A DNA stretch of 64,000 nt, from assembly GCA_023898465.1 (NCBI GenBank), contig CP060223.1, positions 928,001 to 992,000 on the forward strand, written 5' to 3'. Positions 9,121-18,304 of the stretch are shown one piece after another; the first letter of the stretch is position 1, and each line of letters starts with the position of its first letter. Under the pieces are notes generated by a model. That model did no database searches and was not told where the DNA came from. It saw only the letters and a list, made by a program, of their open reading frames with translations. The position numbers were made by a program, and so were the translations under genes. This stretch comes from Candidatus Nomurabacteria bacterium. GTDB taxonomy: Bacteria; Patescibacteriota; Patescibacteriia; HK-STAS-PATE-3.

Positions 9121-10406
9121 GAAGATACGGATTTGGACTGATCGCTCGACCCTGATGAAGTATAAGGCAGGGCTGCTAATAGGAAAACAAGCGCGAGGTA
9201 ACCCAGGTGTGTGTCATTAAAATACCGGGCAAAAAACCAAAAAACAAGCAGGGTAAATCCATAGTACCAGAAGATATTTTGCAGGGAAATGTCTAGTCGA
9301 CTCTTCCTCAATAAAAGGAGAAAACTCGGGATTCCAATGCAGAGAGAAAAAACCCAAAATGGGAAATGTCCGTAGGGATCAATAACATGAAAAGTTGCCA
9401 TCCACTGGGCAATACCTAAACCTGATGCTGGATAACTCAACTCAGCGCTGCCGTTTGCATACTTCCAAACGTCATCATAAAAAGCTCCTGGCGACCAGAG
9501 AAAGAAAAAACCCATAACCACAATAAGGAGAAGTAGCGAAGGAAATAATGGACGATATACTTGCCGCCAAGGACCTGGTTTCCGGCGCTGCCATACTGCT
9601 ACGAGGTAAAATGGCACAAAGAGCCAGGCGGACTGCTTCATCAGTAAAGCAAAAACCAGAGCAAATCCCGAGCTCGTGTATCTGCCTCGATAAAGCGCTA
9701 GGGCTGCGAGGAAGAGGAAAAGCAATACGGTGATGTCATTCAACCCAGCCACAATAAACTTCAACATAAATGGATTCAACGCAGTAAGGATAATTGCTAG
9801 ATCTCTCCAAGGAGCTTGCACGGTTTTTGCTAAGAGTAAGAGGAAGGCAATCCAAAAAAGTAAGTACAGCGCACGTACATCAAACCAACCAGTAAATCGC
9901 TCTAGGCTCCATTGCCACGGCGCCACGATAAGGAAAGAGCCTGGTAAATACACATAGTGCTCCCAGGCTGGATTGGGTCGCGTGCTATCAGAAAAACGAT
10001 CAGGGAACACACCAAAAGCTGTACCACGATAATCACTCGCATAAGGATTTTTACCCTGTAGGAGAAAATGACTCGCTTCCTCAGTCTGGATTGCACCATC
10101 GTGCACATATGCTTCTAGTGGACGATAAGGTCGTACCAGCATCTGCAAGGTACAGACGGTCACTAGGATGCCTATGCTTAAGATAAGGACGATCCTTGTT
10201 CGCATCTCATCTGCTGATGGGGCAAAGATAAGACTTAATCCATACGCAAACACCAGCAACAAAGGCAGGATGCCAAACCAGAAAAGTGGTGTGGGGGAAA
10301 AGAAATAACTAAAGGCCTGCTGACCTGAAAAAACCTCGGCCATCACATAAAGCACGAGGAGAAGAATGAGAACAAAAGTAAAACGTCGAATCGTGATTCC
10401 GTTCAT
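9117..10406 (-). CDS. polytopic membrane protein, probable GT-C-like glycosyltransferase
   Basis: 429 aa, ~10 TM helices, and it overlaps its neighbours by 4 nt (operon). Confidence 0.45.
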   Translation of the reverse strand: MNGITIRRFTFVLILLLVLYVMAEVFSGQQAFSYFFSPTPLFWFGILPLLLVFAYGLSLIFAPSADEMRTRIVLILSIGILVTVCTLQMLVRPYRPLEAYVHDGAIQTEEASHFLLQGKNPYASDYRGTAFGVFPDRFSDSTRPNPAWEHYVYLPGSFLIVAPWQWSLERFTGWFDVRALYLLFWIAFLLLLAKTVQAPWRDLAIILTALNPFMLKFIVAGLNDITVLLFLFLAALALYRGRYTSSGFALVFALLMKQSAWLFVPFYLVAVWQRRKPGPWRQVYRPLFPSLLLLIVVMGFFFLWSPGAFYDDVWKYANGSAELSYPASGLGIAQWMATFHVIDPYGHFPFWVFSLCIGIPSFLLLLRKSRLDISLQNIFWYYGFTLLVFWFFARYFNDTHLGYLALVFLLAALPYTSSGSSDQSKSVSS

Positions 10407-12041
10407 TTACGGAGCAACTGCATAAATCTTAGCCTCCTTGTCTTCGTAGACCAGTGAGACCCCCTCTGTACCATCTACTAAACGATCCATAGCTACATGA
10501 TCTTTAGTAACAACTACGTACGATGCATGAAAAGTATCACGTAGAGTGGTACTCACCGTGCTCGGATCTGACTTCCCGGTGGTTAAATCAACCCAAGCCC
10601 AATAGCGATCTTCATCGTGGGCATACAAAAAGGTTGGATCTAAACCAGCAATATAGCGATGTGATGGATCATAGTAAAAAAGGAGTGGAAACTCATCCCA
10701 GTCACTATGTACGACAATCTCGTCTGATGGGGCATTTGCTTTTAACCAAGTGCCAACACCAGACAGGGTTGAGGCATCTTGCCCACCCGCTAGGTCGCGT
10801 CGCACATTTCGCAAGTCACGTACACCCACGCCAACCACTCCTATAACAACATAGGCGAGGATTATCACTGCGACCGTTTTTGAAAGGACGCTATGACGCC
10901 ACCCGGCCACAACATCTCGCAAAAGCGCTTTACCTGCCTTACCAGAGAGTGCGTCGCTGATGGAAAAAGCTCCAAACAACATACCAATCGGCACATAGTA
11001 TTCAACGTAGCGCTTGGACTTCAGGGTAAGCAGGAAAAAGAAAATGGTTAGCAAGAAGAGGGTCCAGGAGCGGACAGACTGCTTTCGTAATTGCAGAGCC
11101 ATACCGAATATCCCTAACACCACCACAATAGAAACAAAGATGGTGGTAGGAATAAGCTCACCGATGTGATACGGATACCACTCTCCGCCTACGCCAATGC
11201 TATGTTGCGCATTAATAATGCCAATCTTAAAAAGCTGGTATTCGTAAAATCGAATGTTGTGCGGGAAGCTAGGATTAAGCAATAGACCTGCCAGCATCCC
11301 ACCCCCAACCGCCAAACCTATGGTGATGTAAAGACGCCAAGAAGCTTCATGGTGTCGCCAACGATCATACTGCTCATGCAGACGAGTAAGGAGAGAACGA
11401 GAATCACTCTGATGGAGTATCCAATAACGGACTAAGCCCACCAGGCAAAACACCGCTGTACAAACAAGCAGCAGGGAAAATCCGCCGTATACCCAAACAA
11501 AAATCCATGAGTACACAAAAGCCCACTTTGCTCGGAAGTGAAACACCAACCATAAACCAGCCAAAAGAAGTGTCACTCCCAGAACAGGCGCTTTTGGTAA
11601 ACCCATCCGAAACATGAATGGATTCACAAACAAAAGCAACAAGGTAAATACAAATGCCCATCGCACTTGGAAGGAACGAAGGAGGCCATAGAACATGCCA
11701 GCCATCACTGCAGTGAGTAAAATAGTGGCGACTTTTATCCCGACCAGTGGATCAGCTATAGAAACAAACGGGATGAGAATAACGTGATAAAGAAAATGCT
11801 GATTAATGTAATTCTCACTCAGGGATGTAAAAGGCAGCCAGGGAAACTGCGTAAAAAAACCTTTGTCAGCTACCAGGGTTGCCATCCGAGCATGATAAAA
11901 AGAATCAGGATCAGCAAAAGCATCATGCAATTGCAAATACGATGCAATGACCAGGGCAATCATCATGATAAGCAGACCGGTCAGAAAGGGCGTCCGGCAA
12001 AAGATACGATAGATTTTATACCACCAAGCCTCCTTTTCCAT
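10407..12041 (-). CDS. ArnT/PMT-family-like (GT-C) membrane glycosyltransferase
   Basis: 544 aa and multi-TM. The first extracytoplasmic loop, DAFADPDSFYHARMATLVADKGFF, resembles the DExRYAE…SGDW motif of ArnT/PMT GT39/GT83 enzymes. It has a soluble C-terminal domain. Confidence 0.5.
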   Translation of the reverse strand: MEKEAWWYKIYRIFCRTPFLTGLLIMMIALVIASYLQLHDAFADPDSFYHARMATLVADKGFFTQFPWLPFTSLSENYINQHFLYHVILIPFVSIADPLVGIKVATILLTAVMAGMFYGLLRSFQVRWAFVFTLLLLFVNPFMFRMGLPKAPVLGVTLLLAGLWLVFHFRAKWAFVYSWIFVWVYGGFSLLLVCTAVFCLVGLVRYWILHQSDSRSLLTRLHEQYDRWRHHEASWRLYITIGLAVGGGMLAGLLLNPSFPHNIRFYEYQLFKIGIINAQHSIGVGGEWYPYHIGELIPTTIFVSIVVVLGIFGMALQLRKQSVRSWTLFLLTIFFFLLTLKSKRYVEYYVPIGMLFGAFSISDALSGKAGKALLRDVVAGWRHSVLSKTVAVIILAYVVIGVVGVGVRDLRNVRRDLAGGQDASTLSGVGTWLKANAPSDEIVVHSDWDEFPLLFYYDPSHRYIAGLDPTFLYAHDEDRYWAWVDLTTGKSDPSTVSTTLRDTFHASYVVVTKDHVAMDRLVDGTEGVSLVYEDKEAKIYAVAP

Positions 12042-12094
12042 ACGCTAAAGTATAGCATTCTCATGCCTACACGGCGAACTGCTGATTAGCGAAT

Positions 12095-13147
12095 TTACTT
12101 CAGCTGCGCTTTGAAATAATCCACCCAAGGAATCGGCGATGGATCTATGTCATGCTCCATAGCGAGCCAGAAGCTGAGATAGCCACTAAAGGTGAGGTGT
12201 AAAACTATCTCTTCTAAGCGCGACTGAGCAGAAACCTTCACATCATCAACGCTAAAGTGCTGTCGTTGAAAAACCTTTTTACTAATACCGTAACGTTTTT
12301 CATTTCGAGCATGTAAAAACTTTGAACGAAGCATGAGTACATGCAGGGCTACTTTAGGATGCGCTAAGCCCTCCATGAGGTGGTGATTTAATCCTGGGAT
12401 AGGGAAATGTAGCGCAAAATGCTTACTGTTTTCATGGAAGCGATTTCGATAGGCCAGGGCTACATTTTCTAAGTGCTCGCTCCCCACAATAAGCGGGATG
12501 CGAGTGCACAACTTCTTGGCTAACTGCAGAGTAGTATTTCGTTGTTGAGGCGCCTGCACTGACCATTGTTTACCAGCTCGTCGAGCCTTCTCTATTGCGC
12601 GATGTAATTCTGGAGTAGATACACGTAGCTGCCCAGCAGCCGCAAGTAGCCCCATAATACCAAAAAGCATGTATCCAGTACCCATGCGAGGTTGCTGGGA
12701 TGGATTATACCGTGCATCAAAAATATAGGCGGGAATTTTCCATTGCGTAGCCAACTTGGCCAATGTCCCACCCGAGGAAATAACCATGAGTTTGGCGCCA
12801 CGTTGTCGAGCCTGACGAAGCGCGCTCACACTTTCTTCCGTACCGCCTGAATAACTTGAGGCGATTACGAGAGTATCAGGACCAACATAGGCTGGAATAT
12901 CGTACTGCTCTATTACCTCAAAAGTCGCTTTTGATGAGGGACGCAAAAAATCCGCTGCGATCCGAGCTGGAAATGCAGAGCCACCCATACCAGCCACCAC
13001 AATTTTTTTCACTGCACGATAACTAGCAGGCACAGCTATGCGTGAGGATTCGTCCCAGGCTTGTGCAATCTGATCAGGAAAAGCATCGAGCGAACTTAAC
13101 ATTTGTTGCTTATCAAGTCTTTGGACTTTTTGTTGTAGTGTCATCAT
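12095..13147 (-). CDS. bifunctional phosphoglucose/phosphomannose isomerase (SIS domain, archaeal-type PGI/PMI)
   Basis: VVAGMGGSAFPARIAADF…LVIASSYSGGTEE…MVISSGG are tandem SIS-domain motifs characteristic of PGI/PMI. Confidence 0.7.
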   Translation of the reverse strand: MMTLQQKVQRLDKQQMLSSLDAFPDQIAQAWDESSRIAVPASYRAVKKIVVAGMGGSAFPARIAADFLRPSSKATFEVIEQYDIPAYVGPDTLVIASSYSGGTEESVSALRQARQRGAKLMVISSGGTLAKLATQWKIPAYIFDARYNPSQQPRMGTGYMLFGIMGLLAAAGQLRVSTPELHRAIEKARRAGKQWSVQAPQQRNTTLQLAKKLCTRIPLIVGSEHLENVALAYRNRFHENSKHFALHFPIPGLNHHLMEGLAHPKVALHVLMLRSKFLHARNEKRYGISKKVFQRQHFSVDDVKVSAQSRLEEIVLHLTFSGYLSFWLAMEHDIDPSPIPWVDYFKAQLK

Positions 13148-13193
13148 GCATTAAATAGTATCAGTCTTTATGGGCAAAGAAAAGGAAAGTATA

Positions 13194-13222
13194 TTGACCG
13201 TTCGGCTTTTTTTTGGTATAGT
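13194..13222 (+). promoter_or_regulatory. sigma70-type promoter (TTGACC-17-TATAGT, with TGg extended -10) upstream of yebC
   Basis: ttgaccgttcggcttttttttggtatagt read directly. Confidence 0.55.
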
Positions 13223-13283
13223 AATAGCAAGGAACTCACGGGGAGATGGCGCTTTTAGTGATGAAGTCTCCGCTCATCAAGCT

Positions 13284-14006
13284 ATGTCCGGACATTCCAA
13301 GTGGTCACAAATTAAACGACAAAAAGGTGCGGCGGATGTAAAACGCAGCAGTCTTTTTACTAAACTCGCTAATAATATTGCGGTAGCTGCCAGAGATGGA
13401 AAAGATCCTGACATGAATTTTCGTCTCCGTTTAGCTATAGATCGTGCTCGAGCCGCCAATATGCCCAATGACAATATTGACCGAGCAGTGAAACGGGGTG
13501 CTGGTGAACTTGAAGGACAGATTATTGAGGAGATCACCTACGAAGCCTATGGCCCGGGTGGCGCTGCACTCGTTATACGCGTGCTCAGTGATAATAAGAA
13601 TCGAAGCGCAAGCGAGGTACGGACGACGCTCAATAAATACAATGGCAATTTGGGAGCAGCAGGAAGTGTGGTATGGAACTTCACGCTCAAAGGCGTCATC
13701 CGCGTCGAACAAGAGCATGTGCAGGAAAAAGATATCGACACCTTAAGCCTAGAACTCGTTGATGCAGGAGCGGAGGATATAGCTCAATCTGAAGAGGGAC
13801 TAACAATCTTCACCGCCGTGTCAGGTCTGGCTGAAGTACAAAGTGCACTTCACAAACAAAATATCGCAATTGCCGAAGCTGGACTCGAATATGTGCCAAA
13901 CACTACTGTAGCGCTAGATGAAAAAGCTTCTGGACAAATGCACACCTTAATTGACGCTCTTGAAGAGCTTGATGACGTTGACGCCGTCTTCACCAATGCC
14001 CAATAA
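13284..14006 (+). CDS. yebC: YebC/PmpR-family DNA-binding regulatory protein
   Basis: MSGHSKWSQIKRQKGAADVKRSSLFTKL… is the canonical YebC N-terminus. The track's upstream in-frame extension is unlikely. Confidence 0.85.
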   Translation: MSGHSKWSQIKRQKGAADVKRSSLFTKLANNIAVAARDGKDPDMNFRLRLAIDRARAANMPNDNIDRAVKRGAGELEGQIIEEITYEAYGPGGAALVIRVLSDNKNRSASEVRTTLNKYNGNLGAAGSVVWNFTLKGVIRVEQEHVQEKDIDTLSLELVDAGAEDIAQSEEGLTIFTAVSGLAEVQSALHKQNIAIAEAGLEYVPNTTVALDEKASGQMHTLIDALEELDDVDAVFTNAQ

Positions 14007-14487
14007 GTCACGTCGCATTCTCGGAATTGACCCTGGCTATGGACGACTCGGTTACGGAGTGCTGGAGGAAAAAGATCGGACGCTCCACTGTGAAAGCTAC
14101 GGCTGCATCGAAACACCGGCGAAAGAAGAAGCACCAGTCCGGCTAGCTAAGATTGCCCAAGAGCTACGCAGCATTTTACAACGCTATCAACCTGACCTCA
14201 TCGCAGTAGAAAAACTTTTCTTTGCAAAAAACACCAAGACAGCCCTCGGGGTAAGTGAAGCACGGGGAGTAGTACTCCTGATTGCACAAGAATACGGTGC
14301 AGAAATACAAGAATTTACACCAGTAGAAGTAAAACTAGCCTTAACCGGCTACGGACAAGCAAATAAAGATCAAGTACAGCAGATGGTAGAACGCCTCCTC
14401 AAAGTAGAGGAAAAAATCGCCAGCGATGATGCGGCAGACGCACTGGCAATCGCCATCTGTGCCGCCCACACAAAAATACCTACATGA
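13996..14487 (+). CDS. ruvC: crossover junction endodeoxyribonuclease RuvC
   Basis: ILGIDPGYGRLGYGVLE…LIAVEKLFFAKNTKTALGVSEARG… It overlaps the end of yebC by 11 nt, the classic yebC-ruvC linkage. Confidence 0.85.
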   Translation: MPNKSRRILGIDPGYGRLGYGVLEEKDRTLHCESYGCIETPAKEEAPVRLAKIAQELRSILQRYQPDLIAVEKLFFAKNTKTALGVSEARGVVLLIAQEYGAEIQEFTPVEVKLALTGYGQANKDQVQQMVERLLKVEEKIASDDAADALAIAICAAHTKIPT

Positions 14488-15539
14488 GTTCGATGAAACA
14501 ACAAAGTGAACAGCTCATTCATGCCACCGAGCGAATCTTTCGTGAATGTGTGCAGACAAATGGGGCTATCACTATCTCTCCTGATAGTAAACTGGTAATA
14601 CCTCATCACGCTGCTTTTGTTACTGTGGCAGCACCTTTTGTTGGTTTAGAGCTTGCTCCAGAATTTTTTGCTTGGGTTAAAAAAACTCTAGAGAATGAGG
14701 AGAATAACGGAGCCTTAAGTAATGCCTATGATTGGGAGGGAAAAGCAACCCATTCGCCAGCCCGATTTGCACCCGAACAAAACGGCGCCATGCTCTGGAG
14801 TATTGATGCCTATATTGAACGACATCCAGAGGAGCTGGCTCATATGAAGGAATTAGTAAGCCTGCTCGTGCAAGGAATTACTCAGCACTGGAAAAAAAAT
14901 GGATTTTCGCGTACTACTAATGAGGTATGGGGGGAACATCATCACATAGGAGCGCCTGAGATGAATCAGCGCTTTACATATGCCCTAGCCGCCTGTGCAC
15001 ATGGGCTTGAACGTGCGGCCGCTCGCTATAAGCAACGGCGATGGAAAGCTATTGCCGGGCAAATGCGTGAGCATATAAATAATGCCTGGGATGAAAACAA
15101 AAAGACTTTTCATCGCGCGCTTGGTAAACATAATGATACAAGCATTGATAGTCTAACTCTCGGACTTTGCTGGCCTTATCATATTTACGAGGCAAAAGAG
15201 AAACGCATGCAGGCAGCTGTCGAACGCATTGAAGAGGTGCTTATTGATGGTGGTGGAGTGCACCGCTTCCAATATGATTACCACGACAGCGAAGGGGATG
15301 CAGAAGATGGTGGTGGTATTTGGCCAGCTCTTAATTTTTGGATGAGCATCTATTTTGTTGAACAAGGCGATGAGGCAAAGGCGCGGGCTTACTTCCAATG
15401 GGTATTAGAACGCGTGCATGAAGAACTCCCAGAACAAATGTTTAAAGATTTTCGTATCGGCATTACTCCTTTTGCCTGGAGTCACGCACTCTTTCTCTTG
15501 GCTGCTCATAGTTTAAAACTTCTCCCAAATGAAGCGTAA
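14484..15539 (+). CDS. GH15-family (glucoamylase/glucodextranase-like) (alpha/alpha)6 glycoside hydrolase
   Basis: The composition (…NGAMLWSIDAY…, …GGIWPALNFWMSIYF…) resembles the GH15 catalytic toroid. The family is inferred by eye. Confidence 0.5.
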   Translation: MSSMKQQSEQLIHATERIFRECVQTNGAITISPDSKLVIPHHAAFVTVAAPFVGLELAPEFFAWVKKTLENEENNGALSNAYDWEGKATHSPARFAPEQNGAMLWSIDAYIERHPEELAHMKELVSLLVQGITQHWKKNGFSRTTNEVWGEHHHIGAPEMNQRFTYALAACAHGLERAAARYKQRRWKAIAGQMREHINNAWDENKKTFHRALGKHNDTSIDSLTLGLCWPYHIYEAKEKRMQAAVERIEEVLIDGGGVHRFQYDYHDSEGDAEDGGGIWPALNFWMSIYFVEQGDEAKARAYFQWVLERVHEELPEQMFKDFRIGITPFAWSHALFLLAAHSLKLLPNEA

Positions 15540-17004
15540 ACTTCGCATCATGAACGTAGCTGCAGAAGTGGCTCCCTATGCCAAAACCGGGGGCCTGGCT
15601 GACGTAGTACATGCGCTACCAAAAGAATTAGTACACCAGGGCCATAGCGTCAGTATTATCATGCCCTGCTACGGCTTCATGAAAAAGCAAAATATTCCCA
15701 TGACTGAGGTGGATCGCTTCCGCATTAGTGTGGGGAGTAAAAACTTTGGAGCGACTATCTATCAAACTGAATTTTCACCAGGCTTAACAATCTACTTTGT
15801 TGCCAATCACGAACTCTTTGGTCGTTCGCGACTCTATGGCTACCCAAACGACAACACTCGCTTCATGTTCTTTTGTAAGGCCGTTGTACGCTTTATTAAA
15901 GAAATGAATAACCGGCCTCATGTCGTTCACTGCCATGATTGGCACACCGGGTTAATACCAAACTACCTCAAGCAAAAATTTAATCACGACCCATCTCTCC
16001 GCTCAATCGCAACACTCTACACGATTCACAACCTACCTTTCCAATTCGGATCAGACTGGTGGAAGGTGCCGCCAAAGCAGCAAGATGACGGACGCGGCGT
16101 ACCCCCTGAAACACCGACGAAGAAGTTGAATCGAGTAAACTTTGCCAAACGCGCCTTACTCAACGCCGACATCATCAACACGGTAAGTGAGCGCTATGCT
16201 GAAGAAATCCTCACCCCAGAATTTGGCCAAGACCTTGATGGAATACTCCGACGTCGAGAAGAAGATGTCTACGGCATTGTAAATGGCATTGACTACACCG
16301 TATATAATCCGGTGTATGATAAAAACATCCCGGTAAACTACGACTGGAACCAGCTCGATAAAAAACAGCTCAACAAAAACGCCTTGCAGCGTAAGGTTGG
16401 CCTAGAGCAAAAAGCTGATATCCCGCTCATCGGGGTAGTGAATCGCTTAAGTGAGCAAAAGGGATTTAACCTGCTACGTGAAATTGCCTACGTGCTCGTG
16501 AAGCTGCCTCTGCAGCTCGTTATTGTGGGAAGTGGACATCCGGATTATGTGCGCTTCTTTAAGCGCTTAGCAAAAAAATATCCTAAGCGGATTGGCTTTT
16601 ACTCTCCTTTTACCGAGGAGCTCGCTTCGCTTACCTATGCTGGCTCTGACATGTTCCTCATGCCCTCGCGCTATGAGCCATGTGGAATTTCCCAAATGAT
16701 CAGTTTACGATACGGCTCTATTCCGATTGTCCGAGAAACAGGCGGGCTCTCTGACACTATTACCAATTTCAATCCAAAGACGCAAAAAGGTATTGGCTTT
16801 GTATTTTCTGGATATACCAAGGAAGATTTTCTCATCGCTATTGTCCGAGCCCTCGAAACCTATCGCTATGCACAGGTCTGGGAACACCTCACCTGGCGAG
16901 CTATGAAAACGTCATACTCATGGGAGGTGCCAGCAAAAAAATATGCGCAGTTATATCGCTTAGCTTATCGACATAAACGGGCACGAAAGAAGGGGACAAC
17001 ATAA
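15529..17004 (+). CDS. glgA: glycogen/starch synthase (GT5, GlgA-like), paralog 1
   Basis: AKTGGLADVVHALPKEL… contains the KTGGL motif, with HCHDWHTGL… and a GT-B C-terminal half. Confidence 0.85.
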   Translation: MKRKLRIMNVAAEVAPYAKTGGLADVVHALPKELVHQGHSVSIIMPCYGFMKKQNIPMTEVDRFRISVGSKNFGATIYQTEFSPGLTIYFVANHELFGRSRLYGYPNDNTRFMFFCKAVVRFIKEMNNRPHVVHCHDWHTGLIPNYLKQKFNHDPSLRSIATLYTIHNLPFQFGSDWWKVPPKQQDDGRGVPPETPTKKLNRVNFAKRALLNADIINTVSERYAEEILTPEFGQDLDGILRRREEDVYGIVNGIDYTVYNPVYDKNIPVNYDWNQLDKKQLNKNALQRKVGLEQKADIPLIGVVNRLSEQKGFNLLREIAYVLVKLPLQLVIVGSGHPDYVRFFKRLAKKYPKRIGFYSPFTEELASLTYAGSDMFLMPSRYEPCGISQMISLRYGSIPIVRETGGLSDTITNFNPKTQKGIGFVFSGYTKEDFLIAIVRALETYRYAQVWEHLTWRAMKTSYSWEVPAKKYAQLYRLAYRHKRARKKGTT

Positions 17005-18248
17005 TGCGCTGGGCCGCCCTCCTACATATTTATCAACCTCCGCACTGGGATGCTCGCGTCATTGCTAAAGTAGTGAGTGAAAGCTATCGACCTTTAGTGG
17101 ATATTTTAACGCGAAATCCCAAGATTAAGATTACGCTAAACATCAACGCCTCGTTGACTGAGCAACTTGCTCGACATGGCTACCTCGATGTTATTGATGG
17201 ATTACGCAGCTTGGCTGAACGAGGACAAATTGAATTTACTGGCAGCGCAAAATACCACCCGATTTTACCCCTCCTGCCAGCTGATGAGGTACGTCGTCAA
17301 ATCCGCCTCAACACTGAAACAAACCGAGCTCTCTTTGGTGATATTTATCGCCCACGAGGATTTTTCCCGCCTGAGATGGCAGTCGATCTCGACCTCATCC
17401 GCATCTTAGTGGAAATGGGATTTGAATGGGTAGCAGTTGACGAATTAGCCGGTGAGAAAAAACTTGGCGATCTTCCTTTAAATAAAAAATATTTAGTTGA
17501 GCCTTTTGATATCTCTCTGGTTCTACGCAATCGTTTCATGAGCGACTATCTGGCCTTTGCGGCTCCAATTGATAAGCCAGGTGAATTTTTTGCTGAGGTA
17601 GAAAAAGAAAAACGCTCAAAGGAAATTCTCATCACTGCAATGGATGGAGAAAACCTTGGCCACCACCGTCCAGGCACTGAACGACTATGGGAGGAGTTAG
17701 TAACAAATCCTTCAGTCGAAATGGTCACCTTCACTGAAGCGCTGGAAGGTTTTAGCACGCAGGAAAAACTCATGGTGCAGGAAAGCAGTTGGTCGACTCG
17801 AGCAATTGATCGAGTCCGCAATGCACCTTATCCGCTTTGGCAGCATCCGGAAAATCAACTTCATCAACTACAGTGGTCGCTCACCACGCTCATCATCGAA
17901 GCGATTAACCAAGCAGAGAAGCGAAGTGACCACACCATTGAACAAGCTCGGATTGCTTTAGACGAGGCGCTGTCTTCTGATCAATACTGGTGGGCCTCAG
18001 CCACGCCCTGGTGGAGTGTGGAGATTATTAATGAAGGAGCCGAGCGACTTGGTAAAGTGTTAGAAGCGCTCAGTGAAGTGCCGCCCGCTACGCAGAAAGA
18101 AGCGCGACAGCTCATTCGCTCAATTCGAGAAACTTCACGTCGCTGGCAGGACAAAGGAGTTGCTTCTCAGCGTATGGCTGAATACAACAAAGAAACAAAG
18201 CAAGTACATTACATGGCTGGACAACGCATTGACGGTTCTGCCAAGTGA
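17004..18248 (+). CDS. GH57-family alpha-glucan-active enzyme, paralog 1
   Basis: The five GH57 conserved regions are recognisable: HIYQPP, GQIEFTGSAKYHPILP, GFFPPEMAVD, EWVAVDE and SDQYWWAS. Confidence 0.65.
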   Translation: MRWAALLHIYQPPHWDARVIAKVVSESYRPLVDILTRNPKIKITLNINASLTEQLARHGYLDVIDGLRSLAERGQIEFTGSAKYHPILPLLPADEVRRQIRLNTETNRALFGDIYRPRGFFPPEMAVDLDLIRILVEMGFEWVAVDELAGEKKLGDLPLNKKYLVEPFDISLVLRNRFMSDYLAFAAPIDKPGEFFAEVEKEKRSKEILITAMDGENLGHHRPGTERLWEELVTNPSVEMVTFTEALEGFSTQEKLMVQESSWSTRAIDRVRNAPYPLWQHPENQLHQLQWSLTTLIIEAINQAEKRSDHTIEQARIALDEALSSDQYWWASATPWWSVEIINEGAERLGKVLEALSEVPPATQKEARQLIRSIRETSRRWQDKGVASQRMAEYNKETKQVHYMAGQRIDGSAK

Positions 18249-18304
18249 TTGTACGGTAGGTGCGCATAGAACTTTCATTAGACAATTAATTCCTTAGAAA
18301 AAAC

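Noticed and set aside
13170-13283. N-terminal 38-aa extension of yebC given by the ORF track
   Set aside because: The canonical YebC N-terminus MSGHSKW starts at 13284. The upstream in-frame codons overlap the promoter, whose -10 is at 13217.
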